This document shows, in pieces, positions 61,390 through 64,000 of a stretch of DNA of 64,000 nucleotides. Within the stretch, counting starts at the first letter, position 1. The number at the start of each line of letters is the position of its first letter. The notes under the pieces were generated by a model that ran no database searches, had not been told where the DNA came from, and saw only the letters and a program-made list of their open reading frames with translations. A program made the position numbers and the translations under genes. This DNA comes from Chiloscyllium plagiosum. Its lineage: Eukaryota. Location of the stretch: NCBI RefSeq assembly GCF_004010195.1, contig NC_057719.1, forward strand, positions 32,837,931-32,901,930. The letters are read 5' to 3'.

Positions 61390-61975
61390 AAACCTGCAAT
61401 ATGATCTTCCGAAAGGATTAGTGCTGGCACCACATTGGGAGTGTGGGTGCCAGGTAGAGACAATGAAGAGGTGTACTGCAAGAAGTTACAGGAGGTCATC
61501 AATAAATTTACAGTATGGGCATATAAATGACAAATGATGTTCACCACACATAAATGTGGGTTTGTATATTTTGATAGTAAGAATATGAAGGTGACTTATT
61601 ATTTGGAAGATGATACGTCTAAGCAGAGTAAAAGGACAAAGACCACAATGTCCATTGTTAAAAATTGTTTAACTTGATAGTAAGGTTATGTAAAATGCAA
61701 ACAATAGGCATTATTTCTTGAGGGATGTAATTGAAAATTAGAGAAACTATGCTATACCCATATTGAACATTCTTTTGAACACTCTTGGATTACTGTGTGC
61801 AGTTCTGGTTGCCATATTATAAAAACCATACTGAGGAACTACAGAGGATGTGAGAAAGTGTGCAAGGATAATAACCGAAATGTGTGGGTATATGAGGAAA
61901 GATGAAAGAAAGTTTGAGAGGTACGTAGAGACCAGCATGAATTAGTTGGGTTGAATGGTCTGTCTCTGTAGTATA
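61390..61975 (+). mobile_element. Old CR1 fragment
   Basis: Degraded LPKGLVLAP, W...WQM.F...KC and tactgtgtgcagttctggttgccatattat (YCVQFW.PYY). Confidence 0.6.
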
Positions 61976-62589
61976 ACCCAATATAAAGATAATTGAAGTT
62001 TTCAATGGTAATGTTGCTCATTTTATTTTTAAATGTATGATTAATACTACCAGGTGAAATACTTTAATTACATTTACATTTTAATACAATTACAGAATAG
62101 TGCGAAACAGAAATGGAAATTCATTAGTCTGCACAGGCTAAACACTATAATCTAATTATGATTTAAAGTAAGAGCAAGGAGTATAAAATTACAGGTGAAG
62201 TGGATAAAAATCATTGACATGTTCTAATTTTATATTTATTACATCAAGATTAAAAGAAAATCAAATTAATATTCAGCCTGGCATTTTGTGTTTCATACTG
62301 TTAAACAGTATTAAAAATATATTTAGTTTGAGTGATTATTTTCTTCATCATTCAGGTATGAGTACTTGGGTGATGACTTTCTTCAAAATAGCAAGAGAAA
62401 TCACATGAGAAGAGTCTTCAAGAGTATATGATAATTGAGACAAAAGTTTGAACATGAAGGAATATGCCCATTCATGGATTTTGCTGTAACATGGATTTTG
62501 ATTTCACTTGCACACACTAAACAATAAGATCAACTTCCATTAACACTATACTAAATTAACAAAGGGCCTTCATAAATGCATTTTAAATA

Positions 62590-63045
62590 AAGAAGCTTGA
62601 CAACATTCAGGACAAAGCTTGATTGGCACTTAATTCACAAACAGCTCTTCTCTGCACCACCAATATTCAGGAGCAGCAGTGTGCATTATCTACAAGGTGC
62701 ACAGCAGAAATTCACCAAAGATCCTCAGACAGTACCTTCCAAACCTACAACCGCTTCTATCTCGAAGGACAAAGGCAGCAGCACATGGGAACATGATCAC
62801 CTGCAAATTCCCCTCCAAGCCCCTCACCATCCTGACTTGGAAATATATCGCCATTGCTTCACTGTCGCTGGGTCAAGAACCTGGAATTGTCTCCCTAAGG
62901 ACATTGTGGGTCAACTCACAGCAGGTGAAATGCAGCGATTTTAAGAAGGCAGTTCACCATCATCTTTTCAAGGGCAACTAAGGAGGGGCAATAAATGCTG
63001 GCCAACCAGCGATACCCACATACCACAATTGAATACAAAAAAATG
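62590..63045 (+). mobile_element. 3' fragment of the second LINE family
   Basis: ORF 62597 ends FTVAGSRTWNCLP. Tail gggcaactaaggaggggcaataaatgctggcc...tgaatacaaaaaaa. Confidence 0.75.
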
Positions 63046-63232
63046 CAAAGTATTTACCAAAGGTGCCTTATATTATCAAAATTAATCAGAATATCAAAAT
63101 TTCAACTTTACACTATTATATTGCAACTGTCAGTCTAATAAAGAGGCAGGTAAGCATTTAACTTCACCTACTCACTTGTCCATTACTCACATGCCTGAAT
63201 TAATTGACTTTATTTAGTAACAACATGGCTAT

Positions 63233-63800
63233 TAGAACAAAGAACAGGAACAAAGAACAGTACAGGACAGGAACAGGCTCTTTAGCCCTCCAAACCTGCA
63301 TCAACACGTTATGCCCTTCCACACCAAAACTGTCTTCACTTACAGGATCTGTAACCCTCTCTGCCTTTCCAGGTGCTTCTTGAATGCTGCTATTGTGTCT
63401 GCTTCCACCACCCCCTCTGACATGTGTTCCAGGCTCTTACCACAGTTTGTGTGAAAAACCTGCCTTGCACATCTGTTTTAAACATTCCCCCTGCACCTTA
63501 AAAACCCATGTCCCCTAGTAATTGACCCCTCCACCCTGGGAAAATGCTTCACACTTTCCAATACTGTCTATGGCATTCACAATCTTATAAACTTCTACTC
63601 AGGGTACCCCCTCAATCTCCTGCATTCCAGTGAAAACAAACCCAGTCTTTCCAAATTTCTTCATAATTAAAATCCTCCTTATCAGGCAAGATCCTGGTCA
63701 CTCTTTTCTGTATTCTTTCCAAAGCATCCACATCCTTCAGGTCATGTGGTGACTGGAATTGCACACAATATTCCAAGTGTGGCCTAACTAAGGTTCTTTA
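63233..63800 (-). mobile_element. CR1 3' fragment
   Basis: agaacaaagaacag tail; ctccaccc...ttccagtgaaaacaa; gaattgcacacaatattccaagtgtggcctaac (VRPHLEYCVQF on minus). Confidence 0.82.
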
Positions 63801-63971
63801 AGCAGCATTTTAAATATCCTGATGTTTTCAAGATGATGTCTAAAATATTTTCAGTCAGTAACCACAGACTGAAGAAGTCCCTGTGATATGGTCTGGCTCT
63901 AAAATTGTTTCCATTTGACTCGATAATTTTGCATCAAATGCTTTAGTGTTTTGTTTAGTTTTCATCATTTT

Positions 63972-64000
63972 TGTTGTGGTCCTGTTCGCCGAGCTGGGGA
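63972..64000 (-). mobile_element. Start of another copy of the 52005 PLE family, cut by the window end
   Basis: gttgtggtcctgttcgccgagctggga matches 52050-52077. Only ~29 bp visible. Confidence 0.55.

Noticed and set aside
44846..64000. The preceding MDGA2 exon (N-terminal half of FNIII)
   Set aside because: No matching peptide with splice sites found by eye. It probably lies beyond the window, though I may have missed it.
1..64000. CRISPR arrays, operons or other prokaryotic systems
   Set aside because: Vertebrate intronic DNA with spliceosomal exons; no regularly spaced repeat-spacer array.

Overview
Eukaryotic genomic DNA, almost certainly from an elasmobranch (shark or ray), judged from HE1/V-SINE-type SINEs and abundant CR1 (HER1-like) LINEs. 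The whole window lies inside one minus-strand gene, MDGA2. Three coding exons splice in frame at GT-AG sites: 44665-44845 (C-terminal half of FNIII), a 24-nt microexon at 22447-22470 (FNIII-MAM linker) and 3259-3414 (start of MAM). The rest is intron filled with transposons: CR1 and L2 fragments, HE1 and other tRNA-derived SINEs, one decayed Ty3/Gypsy element, probable PIF/Harbinger remnants and about a dozen Penelope-like element (PLE) insertions from several families. The most notable structure is in the PLEs. They carry minimal hammerhead-ribozyme motifs and often form tail-out palindromes between 12-15 bp target-site duplications, with one arm shortened at a 2-3 nt microhomology. One PLE encloses an L1 endonuclease fragment inside its TSD. 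There is an 846-nt assembly gap at 6808-7653. Family names come from motif recognition, not database searches, and repeat boundaries are approximate.
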